Shown here: piece by piece, positions 1-9,424 of the stretch
Layout: the number at the start of each line of letters is the position of its first letter
How positions within the stretch are numbered: position 1 is the stretch's first letter
Virus record (IMG/VR): IMGVR_UViG_3300020731_000022
Span: 1-52,797 of that record
Source: a virus
Lineage: Duplodnaviria > Caudoviricetes
Length of the DNA stretch: 52,797 nucleotides
Direction: 5' to 3' (one strand)
Notes under the pieces: model-generated
The model's input: the letters and a program-made list of their open reading frames with translations, nothing else
What the model was told of the DNA's origin: nothing
Databases searched by the model: none
Program-made: the position numbers and the translations under genes

Positions 1-302
1 CCAGCTGCTGCATAAGAAATACAAAGATGACTTGAGTTTGGGTCTATTAAATATCTAGCGTAATTTAATGTTCCTGATAATGAATTTAAAGAATATACCA
101 ATGCATAAGCGGCATTATTATTACCAGTAAGAAGTACGTTTCCATACGTGTCTAAACCTATGTAATTGTTACCAGTACCGTAAGATCCAGAATTATCAGT
201 AGAGGTAAATAACCAATAATTATTAGCAATAGTGGTTGTGTTGGTGAGCATTCCTTCTGCTCTGGCTGAATCTCCTGAAAATGTAGAGATAAGAGGTGAC
301 AT
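1..302 (-). CDS. Partial putative virion/tail-associated protein (runs off the left edge)
   Basis: ATG at 302, 2 nt after the fibre stop; open frame MSPLISTFSGDSARAEGMLTN... to the window edge; not in the ORF track. Confidence 0.7.
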   Translation of the reverse strand, partial: MSPLISTFSGDSARAEGMLTNTTTIANNYWLFTSTDNSGSYGTGNNYIGLDTYGNVLLTGNNNAAYALVYSLNSLSGTLNYARYLIDPNSSHLCISYAAA

Positions 303-304
303 GA

Positions 305-3300
305 TTAAAAACCAGCCTGTGTTCCCAATACATACCAATAATTAGTTCCAACATTCATAATAAAAAATGTCCAAACATCTGGGCCAGTTGCTGCTTTCTT
401 TGCAACTGGCATTACTCCACCTGCCCACCACCAAATAAATGTTGCGCCTCCTGAAGTATAATTTGATCCTTCTGTTGGAAGGCCAGTAGCAGAAGTAGAA
501 TAACCGTTAATTGTAATGCTTGAAGGCATATAAGTAGGGGCAATTATTGAGCAAGTTGCTGATTGTCCATAAACAGTTGGTGCGTTAGTTATATTTATTG
601 CAAAGTTAGATGATGGAAAGTTTGCAACATCAGCAGTTATTCCACCTGTAGCAAAATTTACAGCAGCGGGGTAACTATTACTCCAAGAAGTTCCAGGCAA
701 TTGAGCATACTCATATGGTCCAATTAATAGTGAATTTGTTAGAGTACCACTAGTTACAGTTGGACTAGTAAATGTAGGAGCATTACTATTTAATAATTGG
801 TAAACAGTAATTGGACTTGTTCCAAGAGTTCCTGTTGGGCTAATACCAATTTGCCAAGATGTATTGGAATACGTAGTTCCTTGAACAATTTGTGCAATAG
901 TAGATACTATCTTAGCCACTGTGTCTGCATCGTTGCTTCTACAGAATTGTGCAGAAACACCAGTAGTTCCTTGTGTTGTGCACAACCATATACCATTTTG
1001 AACGTTAGAACTTTGTCCAGTGAAAAGAACACGATCACCTAATTGAACTGTATAGCCATCAATTACGAAAGCACCAGTAGCTGATACAGTGAATGTATCA
1101 ACATTTAATGGATAATCATTTGTAATGTTGCATCCAGGAGCATATGAACCATTGGGATTGCTGGCAGTATTTTGATATGTTGGAACATATGTACCAGCAA
1201 CATTGCTTGCAGAAGCAGCTTGTACTTTTGCACGAATACCTAGAGGAACCCATTCAGGACCACCGTTGGCAATATTACCATACGACATAAGGAATGAACC
1301 AGCTTGGTTAAATGATGCAGGAGATACTACGCTGGTGTCAGTAAGGTAACCACTAGAGTTTACGAATACAACTCCACCAGCACCAAGACCCTTGATTTGA
1401 GTTTCGGAGTAATCACCAGCAGTTGGAGTAATTGCTCCAGTTCTACCATTAAAACTTGTTGCTCCTGGTAAAATTGGTGCTAGTTGTTGCGATGAAAGCA
1501 TTGAGTAGGTCTCATACTTCATTGTTGATCCACTTGAAGTATAACCAAGTGAATAAGTTATACTTGTACCACTAGCAACATATACTGGAATTCTTGTATT
1601 TATTATTCCACTAGTAGTTGAGTTGTTGCTAGTAAATGGACCATAATTAGTAACTGTTGAGCCATCAGGGTCTACTGTGGTAATACTTACAGGACCAAGA
1701 ATACTTCCTGCAGCACCCGCAGTTGTAATCTTTGCGTAGTGATCAAAGAAAAAGAATCCAGTTCCTGAAGCTGTTGCTATGTAAATTGAGTTTAATGAAC
1801 CGCTTTGGCTCGTTCTATTGTCAGATGCTATTACACTTGTGTAATCACCAATTGATGGAACAACTGCACCAGTTCTTCCATTAAAACTTGTTACACCTGT
1901 AATATTAGGAGCAACAGTCGTAGTGTTAAGAAATACGTAAGATTCGTATTTCATACTTGAAGCAGGTGATGCAGTATAACCTATTGAGTACGTTATACTA
2001 GTTCCACTGGCGACATAAAGTGGAATAATTCCATTAATTACACCATTAGTAAGCGTATTGTTATTAGTGTAAAATCCACTAGTAGTAACTGTTGTGCCAT
2101 CAGGGTCAACACTTGTGACAACAATAGGTCCAAGAATACTTGAAGAAGTTCCCGTTGTAGTTACTTTTGCATAATAGTTGAGTTGGTAAAGACCAGAAGC
2201 TGTAGTCGTTGTAAGACTAATTGGTCCAACAGCACCACTTACGTTGGTACGAGTATCAGTTGCTACAATGCTTGTGTAGTCTCCATTAGATGGAAGAACC
2301 GCGCCAGTTCTACCATTAAAACTGCTTACAGCACCTGTACTAGCATTAAGGTTGCTTGAAGAAAGATTGGTATAAACCTCGTACTGCATATTAGAACCAG
2401 TAGAAGCATAAGCCATTGAATAGCTTACTGTGCTTCCACTAGCTACAAGAACTGGAATAACCCCATTAACAATACCACTAACTAAAGTATTAGCACTGGT
2501 GCTTTGTCCAACATTTACAACAGTTGTACCATCAGGATCAGTTGTAGTAAGAGTAATAGGACCAAGTTTGCTAGTGGTTCCTGGAGTAGTTACTTTAGCA
2601 TAGTAGTTAAACAGCAGGAAACCAGAAGCAGTTGCAGTATAAATATTGATTGGGCCTTGAGCACCACTTACGTTGGTGTAGTAAGAAGTAGCAACTGCTG
2701 CGTTACCACCAGTTGTGGCAACAGTACCAGGAACCCATTTACCACCACTGTAAACAATTGCTTGTCCAGATGCTGCAGAGACTCCATTAAGTATGTTAGA
2801 ATAAAGGTTAAAATTACTTCCGGTAATTGTAGTTGTACCATTTACAGTTAAATTACCCGTAATAGTTCCACCAGAGATAGGTAAAGCAGCATACGCTACT
2901 CCACTAACAGTGTTCAAACTGCCAGATAAAGAAGCTATGTTTCCTGTAGCAGTGGTTACAATTCCACTTGTAGTATTATATGCACCACTCAGAGTTACAA
3001 ATTGTCCTGATAAAGTAGCTAATGAACCACTGGTGCTTGCAATATTGGCATTTGCAGTAATCATTTGACCAGACAAGGTTGCAATGTTGCCTGTAGCTGT
3101 AGTAACAATTCCACTGGTTGTATTGTATTGACCTGAAAGTGTAGATAAGTTGCCTGAAAGTGAAGCAATATTACCAGTTGCTGTAGTTACGATTCCAGAA
3201 GTGGTGTTGTATGAACCACTTAGTGAAACAAATTGACCACTCAATGTAGCGAGTGATCCGCTTAGAGATGCAATGTTTCCAGTTGCAGTTGTTACAATCC

Positions 3301-6300
3301 CTGAAGTAGTTGCATATTGACCACTTAGGTTAGCAACGTTTGTATTAGTAGTGTTTAGATTACCGCTGGTGGTAGCATATGCTCCACTCAACGAAACAAA
3401 TTGACCAGATAATGTGGCAAGCGATCCACTGGTAGATGCTATATTTGCATTCGCAGTGACCATTTGACCCGATAGGGTAGCAATGTAACCAGTTTGATTA
3501 GTTACAATACCAGAAGTTGTAGCGTATTGACCACTGAGTGTTGCAAGGTTGCTATTGGTTGTAGTTATTGAACCACTCAGTGCTAACAAGTCTCCAGAAA
3601 GATTAGTAACTTGATTTTCTGCAATTTGTATACCACTAGTTGTAATGTTGCTTATACGACCATAGCCATCTGTAGTAATAATTGAAACATTATTGTTTGA
3701 ACCATAAGTACCTGATGTACCTATAGTTGCAAGATCAATGCTATCTGGGTTAACAACAATTCTACTTGAGTTTGCAGTGACAACATCAATTGTATTACCA
3801 GTTTTGGTAAGACCACCACCAGCATTAATTTGTCCAGCACCTGAGAATTGTGAAAATTGAATAGTGTCAGTACCAATAACAATGTCACCATTGGGACCAG
3901 TACCTGCAGAGGCCATAATATATCCATTATTAGCATTTACTGTACCGCTCTGTACGAATATAAAATCACCAGCAGTTACTTGACCACTAATTGAATCATT
4001 GTAATCAGATGCACGAGTTAGTTTCCAAGGAATTGATGAACTACCTGTAACTGTAACTACATAAACACCATTTTGGGTTCCTGTAGTTTGGTCTTTAACT
4101 AGAATACGAGCACCACTAACAAATCCACTAGCTGCTATAGAATCTATTGCAAACCCAGCATTAGTGGTTGAAGTTAGAGTAGCTCCAATGCCGTAACCAC
4201 CATCTTGGTCTATTGTTCCACCACTGTATGTAGCTGTAAGGTTGCCTGTGGTTCCAGCAAATGCAGAAACGTGTACGTTGAGATGTGCAACTGCAGCATC
4301 TACATATTGCTTGTTAGCTAACTCGTAAGTACCTGTAGGAAATGTTGGGTAGTAAGTAAGTCCAGAAAAAGTTGTGGTGCCTGTAAAAGTTTTAATACCA
4401 CTAATAGTTTGTGTTGTTCCTAGAGTTACTGTGCTACCGCTAAGAGTAGCAAGATTAGAGTTAGTTGTATTTAAGCTACCACTAGTAGAAGCAATGTTAG
4501 AAGTGTTAGATGTTACAATACCACTGGTTGTAACGTATTGACCTGAAAGAGTTGCAAGGCTTCCTGATAGAGAAGCGATATTTGCTTCATCTGTTATTTG
4601 TTTTCCAGAAATAGTAGCAACATTAGAATTAGTTGTAACTAAACTACCTGAAAGTGTAGCAATGTTAGTTGTATTAGTAGAAATAGTTCCACTAAGTGCA
4701 GTGGAGATTGTTGGGTTAGGGTAAGTACCTTGGAGGTCACCACCGGCTGTTACGCCACTTATACTAGTAAGAACATTTATTCCACTTACAGTAAGAGTAC
4801 CTGGAACATTAACATTGTGGTTGGCAGTACCTAAAACAATTTGATCTTGTGTAGAAGAAGTAGCACCAGCACCAGTGTGGTCTGTACCGATAGCGACAGA
4901 TCCAGGTGCAGTTGCATTTACTTGGTAACCAATTGCTGTAGCATAATTACTACCAGTGTTATTGATATTGGCTAGATAACCAATTGCTACACCAAATTCA
5001 CTGTAGTAGTAACCGGCTTCATAACCAATTGCTACACCATTAAAGTTTTGAGTAGAACCAGCATAAGCACCTATAGCTACACCATTATTATTGCTAGTTT
5101 GACCAGCATAGTTACCAATAGCTACACCAGCAGAATTGACGCTGGATGCAGGAGTATGAGCTCCTAGTGCAATGTTAGTAGAATTTACAGTAAGCGTACC
5201 AGTAACAGTTAAGTTACCAGAAATAGTACCACCTGTTCTTGGAAGAGCAGCGTAAGCTACTCCAGAAACTGTAACTAAGCTACCACTAATTGAAGCAATA
5301 TTTGATTCATCGGTAATTTGCTTACCTGAAATAGTAGAAATATAACCAGCTTGGTTCGTTACTATTCCTGATGTTGTATTGTATTGCCCTGATAGGGTAA
5401 CAAATTGCCCACTGAGCGTAGCAAGGCTACCACTCAAAGCAGCAATATTACCAGTGGCTGTTGTTAGAATACCACTTGTAGTTACGTATTGCCCAGATAG
5501 TGTTGCAAGACTACCTGACAATGAAGCAATATTTGCCTCGTCAGTTATTTGGTTTCCAGAAATTGTAGCAATGGATCCAGCTTGAGTATTTACAGTGCCA
5601 CTAAGTGATATGTATTGTCCAGATAGTGTTGAAATATTTGAGTTGGCAGTAACCATTTGACCACTGAGTGTGGCAATGTTTGCTTCATCTGTTACTTGCT
5701 TACCACTTATTGTTGAAACTTGACCAAATAAAGTTGAAATATTAGAGTTGGCAGTGACATATTGACCAGAAAGAGTAGCAATATTATTTTCATCAGTTGT
5801 TTGCTTACCAGAAATTGTTGCAATATTAGTAATATTGGTAGTAACTTGGCCAGAAGTTGTATTGTATTGACCTGATAAGGTAGCAAGATTATTATTGGTT
5901 GTAACAATATTACCGGAAAGAGTTGCAATATTTGTTTCATCTGTTATTTGTTTGCCACTTATTGTAGTAACATTGCCAGATAATACTGCTACATAAGCAG
6001 CAGCAGCGTTAAATTGAAGATCGTCAACAGCAGTTCTTACTGGAAAAACATTAAGAATTGTTCCAATTCCAACTGAGTGGGCAGATATAGAAGTGCCGTC
6101 ATAACCACGACCATTACGAACGCCATCAGTCCAAATAGGAATATCTACAAGATTTCCAATTGTAATAGCACCACTAGCACAAAGAATTTTTTCTTCGTTG
6201 TCTTGGCCATAATCAACTACAAGAACGAATACACCACTAGTACCTAGTGGATTTGTGGTAGCGGTGCCGCTAGACGAAACTTCATACCAAGTAAGTGTAT

Positions 6301-6415
6301 TGTCAACAGAAATTGTTTGACCATTAACATAAACGCTAACAAGAACGTCTTCTAGATACGTTGGTTCAGCAGCCCCCGCTATTGATCTAATTGTAGTGTA
6401 ATTAGGATAAGCCAT
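305..6415 (-). CDS. Giant tail fibre/adhesin-like virion protein (2036 aa)
   Basis: Three heptad coiled-coil blocks ending in SG; YadA-head-like GVAIG repeats; GGDLQGTYPNP and ANKQYVD fibre motifs; two R(I/V)LxxxQ..QNGx(Y/W)..RxxD domains; three repeats ending SFNGRTGA. Confidence 0.85.
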   Translation of the reverse strand: MAYPNYTTIRSIAGAAEPTYLEDVLVSVYVNGQTISVDNTLTWYEVSSSGTATTNPLGTSGVFVLVVDYGQDNEEKILCASGAITIGNLVDIPIWTDGVRNGRGYDGTSISAHSVGIGTILNVFPVRTAVDDLQFNAAAAYVAVLSGNVTTISGKQITDETNIATLSGNIVTTNNNLATLSGQYNTTSGQVTTNITNIATISGKQTTDENNIATLSGQYVTANSNISTLFGQVSTISGKQVTDEANIATLSGQMVTANSNISTLSGQYISLSGTVNTQAGSIATISGNQITDEANIASLSGSLATLSGQYVTTSGILTTATGNIAALSGSLATLSGQFVTLSGQYNTTSGIVTNQAGYISTISGKQITDESNIASISGSLVTVSGVAYAALPRTGGTISGNLTVTGTLTVNSTNIALGAHTPASSVNSAGVAIGNYAGQTSNNNGVAIGAYAGSTQNFNGVAIGYEAGYYYSEFGVAIGYLANINNTGSNYATAIGYQVNATAPGSVAIGTDHTGAGATSSTQDQIVLGTANHNVNVPGTLTVSGINVLTSISGVTAGGDLQGTYPNPTISTALSGTISTNTTNIATLSGSLVTTNSNVATISGKQITDEANIASLSGSLATLSGQYVTTSGIVTSNTSNIASTSGSLNTTNSNLATLSGSTVTLGTTQTISGIKTFTGTTTFSGLTYYPTFPTGTYELANKQYVDAAVAHLNVHVSAFAGTTGNLTATYSGGTIDQDGGYGIGATLTSTTNAGFAIDSIAASGFVSGARILVKDQTTGTQNGVYVVTVTGSSSIPWKLTRASDYNDSISGQVTAGDFIFVQSGTVNANNGYIMASAGTGPNGDIVIGTDTIQFSQFSGAGQINAGGGLTKTGNTIDVVTANSSRIVVNPDSIDLATIGTSGTYGSNNNVSIITTDGYGRISNITTSGIQIAENQVTNLSGDLLALSGSITTTNSNLATLSGQYATTSGIVTNQTGYIATLSGQMVTANANIASTSGSLATLSGQFVSLSGAYATTSGNLNTTNTNVANLSGQYATTSGIVTTATGNIASLSGSLATLSGQFVSLSGSYNTTSGIVTTATGNIASLSGNLSTLSGQYNTTSGIVTTATGNIATLSGQMITANANIASTSGSLATLSGQFVTLSGAYNTTSGIVTTATGNIASLSGSLNTVSGVAYAALPISGGTITGNLTVNGTTTITGSNFNLYSNILNGVSAASGQAIVYSGGKWVPGTVATTGGNAAVATSYYTNVSGAQGPINIYTATASGFLLFNYYAKVTTPGTTSKLGPITLTTTDPDGTTVVNVGQSTSANTLVSGIVNGVIPVLVASGSTVSYSMAYASTGSNMQYEVYTNLSSSNLNASTGAVSSFNGRTGAVLPSNGDYTSIVATDTRTNVSGAVGPISLTTTTASGLYQLNYYAKVTTTGTSSSILGPIVVTSVDPDGTTVTTSGFYTNNNTLTNGVINGIIPLYVASGTSITYSIGYTASPASSMKYESYVFLNTTTVAPNITGVTSFNGRTGAVVPSIGDYTSVIASDNRTSQSGSLNSIYIATASGTGFFFFDHYAKITTAGAAGSILGPVSITTVDPDGSTVTNYGPFTSNNSTTSGIINTRIPVYVASGTSITYSLGYTSSGSTMKYETYSMLSSQQLAPILPGATSFNGRTGAITPTAGDYSETQIKGLGAGGVVFVNSSGYLTDTSVVSPASFNQAGSFLMSYGNIANGGPEWVPLGIRAKVQAASASNVAGTYVPTYQNTASNPNGSYAPGCNITNDYPLNVDTFTVSATGAFVIDGYTVQLGDRVLFTGQSSNVQNGIWLCTTQGTTGVSAQFCRSNDADTVAKIVSTIAQIVQGTTYSNTSWQIGISPTGTLGTSPITVYQLLNSNAPTFTSPTVTSGTLTNSLLIGPYEYAQLPGTSWSNSYPAAVNFATGGITADVANFPSSNFAINITNAPTVYGQSATCSIIAPTYMPSSITINGYSTSATGLPTEGSNYTSGGATFIWWWAGGVMPVAKKAATGPDVWTFFIMNVGTNYWYVLGTQAGF
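1420..2700 (-). repeat. Three tandem ~145-aa domains in the fibre, each ending SFNGRTGA(V/I)
   Basis: YAKVTT..LGP..TxxDPDG..VASGxS(I/V)xYS..Y seen three times at ~435-440 bp spacing; boundaries approximate. Confidence 0.8.
2895..3600 (-). repeat. Ser-Gly heptad coding repeat block (IVTTATGNIASLSG / SLATLSG / QYNTTSG)
   Basis: Degenerate 21/42-bp coding repeats; similar blocks at about 4430-4700 and 5255-5990; boundaries approximate. Confidence 0.85.
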
Positions 6416-6445
6416 TTAAGCTAAAGCCCCTAGTTATATTAAATA

Positions 6446-6985
6446 TTAGTAGGGGTAGGAAGCTGATTGCCAAGTAGGAGTGACAGTAAGTGTGTCACCA
6501 GATGCCAAGGTTACAGTTGATAGGTCAGAGAATGGTGCGTACCATAGAACAGTACTTCCACCAGCACTTGTAGATCCAACAGTACCTGTAACAGTTACAA
6601 AAATACCGTTAATAGTAGTGTATGTTGCACCAGTATTGGTAAATGTAAGAGGTGATGAACCACTGTAAGTTGTGTATTGTACAGGTACTTGTGTACTTGT
6701 ACCAATAGTGATTGTATTAAACTGAGGTGCTTGCCAACCAGCTCCAGAAAGTGTTAAACGTGAATAACCACTAAGACCACTTGCTTCAAGAATTGGGTAT
6801 GTACCAGCATTAAGGGTGATAGGCTCATCACCGGCAACAGCATAACCACTAATTGTTGACCATGTAGTAGCAGTAAGACCTAAATAAAGAGTAGATGGTG
6901 CTGCTTGAGTTCCACGTGGGACGATGTTGATTAGGTAGTTAAGACCTTCCTGTGGGAAGTAGAAAGTAGAGTTAAAACTAGCCAT
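6446..6985 (-). CDS. Putative virion structural protein
   Basis: AGGAG RBS; S/T/G-rich beta-strand-type sequence (LYLGL..E.SG.GY.R, TLASGDTLTVT) adjacent to the fibre. Confidence 0.7.
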   Translation of the reverse strand: MASFNSTFYFPQEGLNYLINIVPRGTQAAPSTLYLGLTATTWSTISGYAVAGDEPITLNAGTYPILEASGLSGYSRLTLSGAGWQAPQFNTITIGTSTQVPVQYTTYSGSSPLTFTNTGATYTTINGIFVTVTGTVGSTSAGGSTVLWYAPFSDLSTVTLASGDTLTVTPTWQSASYPY

Positions 6986-6993
6986 GTATGCTC

Positions 6994-7599
6994 CTAAATA
7001 AATTGAACGCTAATATTGAATTGAATGCTATCTCCATATTGCAAGCCAATTCCTGGGAAGCTGCTCTTTAAGAACATATACCCAGCTTGTCCTACCACCG
7101 GAGTAAGAGAAGGAATTATTGTTGTCACTATACTAGAGCCATTCGCACCCCTAATTACATTGTAGATATTGGTGCCATTTCCAGAAATTACTGTCATAAC
7201 TTCAGAAGTTATCTGAACGTTGAAAGGAAATGTGTTAGGGAATAAGTTGTATCCACTAACTTGAATAGTTGTATCATTCGGATTAATTTGTCTAGTTAAA
7301 GTGCCTACTGCTGGAGTTACTCCAGTATCAAACAATCCCACATTTGTGATTGAATATTGTCCACTGGCAGTCATTACTGCACTGCAAAGATAAGTGTCTC
7401 CAGAAGTCGATGTAGTAATTGTGGATACCGTACCACTAACAGGCACCTGAACGGGGTTAAAAAGGCCTATATCGGTCGCCTGAACGGTTCCTGAACCTGT
7501 ACCCCAAGCAATGTATTGTGGCTGGTTTAAAGTGTATCCAGAACCGGTTATGGTATTAACTAAACTACTTCTGGTCTTGCTGGTTAGTAGAGTGATCAT
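6994..7599 (-). CDS. Putative virion structural (tail/baseplate-associated) protein
   Basis: YIAWGTGSG..ATD..L, ITNVGLFD and F..I.LxxGDSIQF motifs typical of phage tail proteins. Confidence 0.7.
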   Translation of the reverse strand: MITLLTSKTRSSLVNTITGSGYTLNQPQYIAWGTGSGTVQATDIGLFNPVQVPVSGTVSTITTSTSGDTYLCSAVMTASGQYSITNVGLFDTGVTPAVGTLTRQINPNDTTIQVSGYNLFPNTFPFNVQITSEVMTVISGNGTNIYNVIRGANGSSIVTTIIPSLTPVVGQAGYMFLKSSFPGIGLQYGDSIQFNISVQFI

Positions 7600-7705
7600 C
7601 TTCGTTTTCTGTCATATTAGAACTAATGGTGCCCAGATTTTCCTGGACACCATTCGCTCTTGTAATAACCGCATCTACCTTTATTCTAAAAGGTAAGTGT
7701 TCCAT
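7565..7705 (-). CDS. Small hypothetical protein (46 aa, MEHLPFRIKVDAVITRANGVQENLGTIS...)
   Basis: TAATG coupling with the upstream stop; fills the gap; absent from the ORF track. Confidence 0.6.
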   Translation of the reverse strand: MEHLPFRIKVDAVITRANGVQENLGTISSNMTENEDDHSTNQQDQK

Positions 7706-8409
7706 TAGCTCTGCTGACGGTAGGTCTTCTTTTGCTGAGTTTGGTACAGGTTACCGCTGTAAGTAGCAAAGTAACCATTGTACTGCTGTGTTTCACTAAC
7801 CTGTGTTTGGATTTGACGTACTTGTTGTTGTACAACGTTTGCACCTGAAAGGGTACCATTGTTGTTAACTACAAGCGCACCGTTGAATCCAACTTGGTAA
7901 GCGTGAACAGTAGAGTCATCTACCCAGTTTGGAGTAGCGTAAGGAGTACCTACGTAGTTAGGGTATGTAGTTCCTTCAGTACCACTGAAAGCAAATGCAG
8001 TGATTGTTGGAACAGCACCAGTACCACTGACAACTGTAAGTCCTACACCACTAGGAACAATAATGCTTGTTGTAGTGTTGTATAGGTAGTTAGCAGGTCC
8101 AGCGTTTACATAGAATGTGTAACCACTAAGTGCTGATGCTTGTAGAGCAGCAACAAGGTCACTTACCTTAGAACCAGTAGCAGTACCGGTCAAAGTAGTT
8201 GTAACACCGTTAGCACCACTGATAGTAAATGTTGTAGTTCCTGTACCAACTGCAAGCTCAAGAATACCACTAGTGGTAACAGCTGAGTTGACCATAATGG
8301 CAACATCAACTGGAGGGTTTACAGTGGTAGGTGTTGAACCACCACGAGTTACACCACGGAGTGCTGATTTATTTGCAGACTCTGTTGCTGTGTTTGGAGT
8401 AATAGCCAT
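7705..8409 (-). CDS. Putative virion structural protein
   Basis: 234 aa, T/S/G/A-rich, translationally coupled within the structural operon. Confidence 0.65.
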   Translation of the reverse strand: MAITPNTATESANKSALRGVTRGGSTPTTVNPPVDVAIMVNSAVTTSGILELAVGTGTTTFTISGANGVTTTLTGTATGSKVSDLVAALQASALSGYTFYVNAGPANYLYNTTTSIIVPSGVGLTVVSGTGAVPTITAFAFSGTEGTTYPNYVGTPYATPNWVDDSTVHAYQVGFNGALVVNNNGTLSGANVVQQQVRQIQTQVSETQQYNGYFATYSGNLYQTQQKKTYRQQS

Positions 8410-8660
8410 TATCGTCCACTTCCTTCTCTCATAGAATTGTATTGATCAGTTTGGAAAACATAACCAACATTGTTTTGTCCCTGCCATCCGTTACCACTAA
8501 GGGTAGGTTGTGCAGATCCACTAACAACAGTTCCGGCAAACGTCTGGGGTGCCCATACATTAAACCATGCCTGGTTAGACCAAGTTGTTCCACTAATTGC
8601 TGTACCGCTTGGCAGAATAATGCCAACAGGTTCAGCTGTAGTCTTGAAATCGTCGCTCAT
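8409..8660 (-). CDS. Small hypothetical (virion) protein
   Basis: AAGGAG RBS; TAATG coupling to the next gene. Confidence 0.65.
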   Translation of the reverse strand: MSDDFKTTAEPVGIILPSGTAISGTTWSNQAWFNVWAPQTFAGTVVSGSAQPTLSGNGWQGQNNVGYVFQTDQYNSMREGSGR

Positions 8661-8703
8661 TTAAGCTCCTTTTTATCGGTGGAACTTCTCAGATCCACCT
8701 GGT

Positions 8704-9270
8704 TTATACGTTTTTTGACTTAGGGGTACTAGTGCTAGATGCCCAGATTTCTTCAAAGCTTTGGGCCTTACCCTTTGGCTCTGCTTCATCTGGCAATGGA
8801 ATCTTGTACATACCATTGTTTTCACTGGCTCCTGCACCGAGGCTCTCACGAAGTCTGTCAATGTGACTTTCACTCGTGTCGCTTTCGTCCCTAAGATCAG
8901 CGATCTTGTCCATGGCTTCGTCTTCCGTAAGGAACTTGATTCGACCACGTTGTACAGCTCTTAGTACAAATGCATCCTGGCGGATTTCTTCCTGAATTGG
9001 TTGAATACTGCCATGGATTCCAGCAGCAGCTAGTTTAAAGCTGCCCTTGGGGCTTGAGAATACCGTACTGCTGTCCATAAGGTTTTCAATCCAATCACCG
9101 GTCTTGATATCCTTCATACCCTTAAATGAAGTCGGAGTCACTGTTGCGACTCTTGCTGCACTAAGATCTGCTGGATCAGCCTTGTGGTCCTCAATGTGAC
9201 CACCAAGGTCAATCACTGGGACTGGAGTTGATTCCCCATTATCACCACTACGAGATACTGTCTTTGCCAT
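8704..9270 (-). CDS. Hypothetical protein downstream of the MCP
   Basis: AGGAG RBS; 188 aa; codon usage like the structural genes. Confidence 0.75.
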   Translation of the reverse strand: MAKTVSRSGDNGESTPVPVIDLGGHIEDHKADPADLSAARVATVTPTSFKGMKDIKTGDWIENLMDSSTVFSSPKGSFKLAAAGIHGSIQPIQEEIRQDAFVLRAVQRGRIKFLTEDEAMDKIADLRDESDTSESHIDRLRESLGAGASENNGMYKIPLPDEAEPKGKAQSFEEIWASSTSTPKSKNV

Positions 9271-9367
9271 TTTAATTCTCCTATTTCAAGGGGACTTGTG
9301 TCCCTAATAGATACGAAATTTTCATACCTAGTTGTTACGTCGAGGGTATTTCTTTAATGCGAGTTTT

Positions 9368-9417
9368 ACATCCTGGTGGAGCCTGATACGTTTAAGTACC
9401 AGACCCCACCTAGATGT
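9368..9417 (-). terminator. Long stem-loop immediately after the MCP stop (terminator or mRNA stabiliser)
   Basis: ACATCTAGGTGGGGTCTGGTAC-TTAAAC-GTATCAGGCTCCACCAGGATGT; no U-tract follows. Confidence 0.6.
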
Positions 9418-9424
9418 GTTAAGA

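Noticed and set aside
2895-5990. Possible diversity-generating retroelement TR/VR pair in the fibre repeats
   Set aside because: Differences are mostly synonymous and not adenine-specific; no reverse transcriptase in the window
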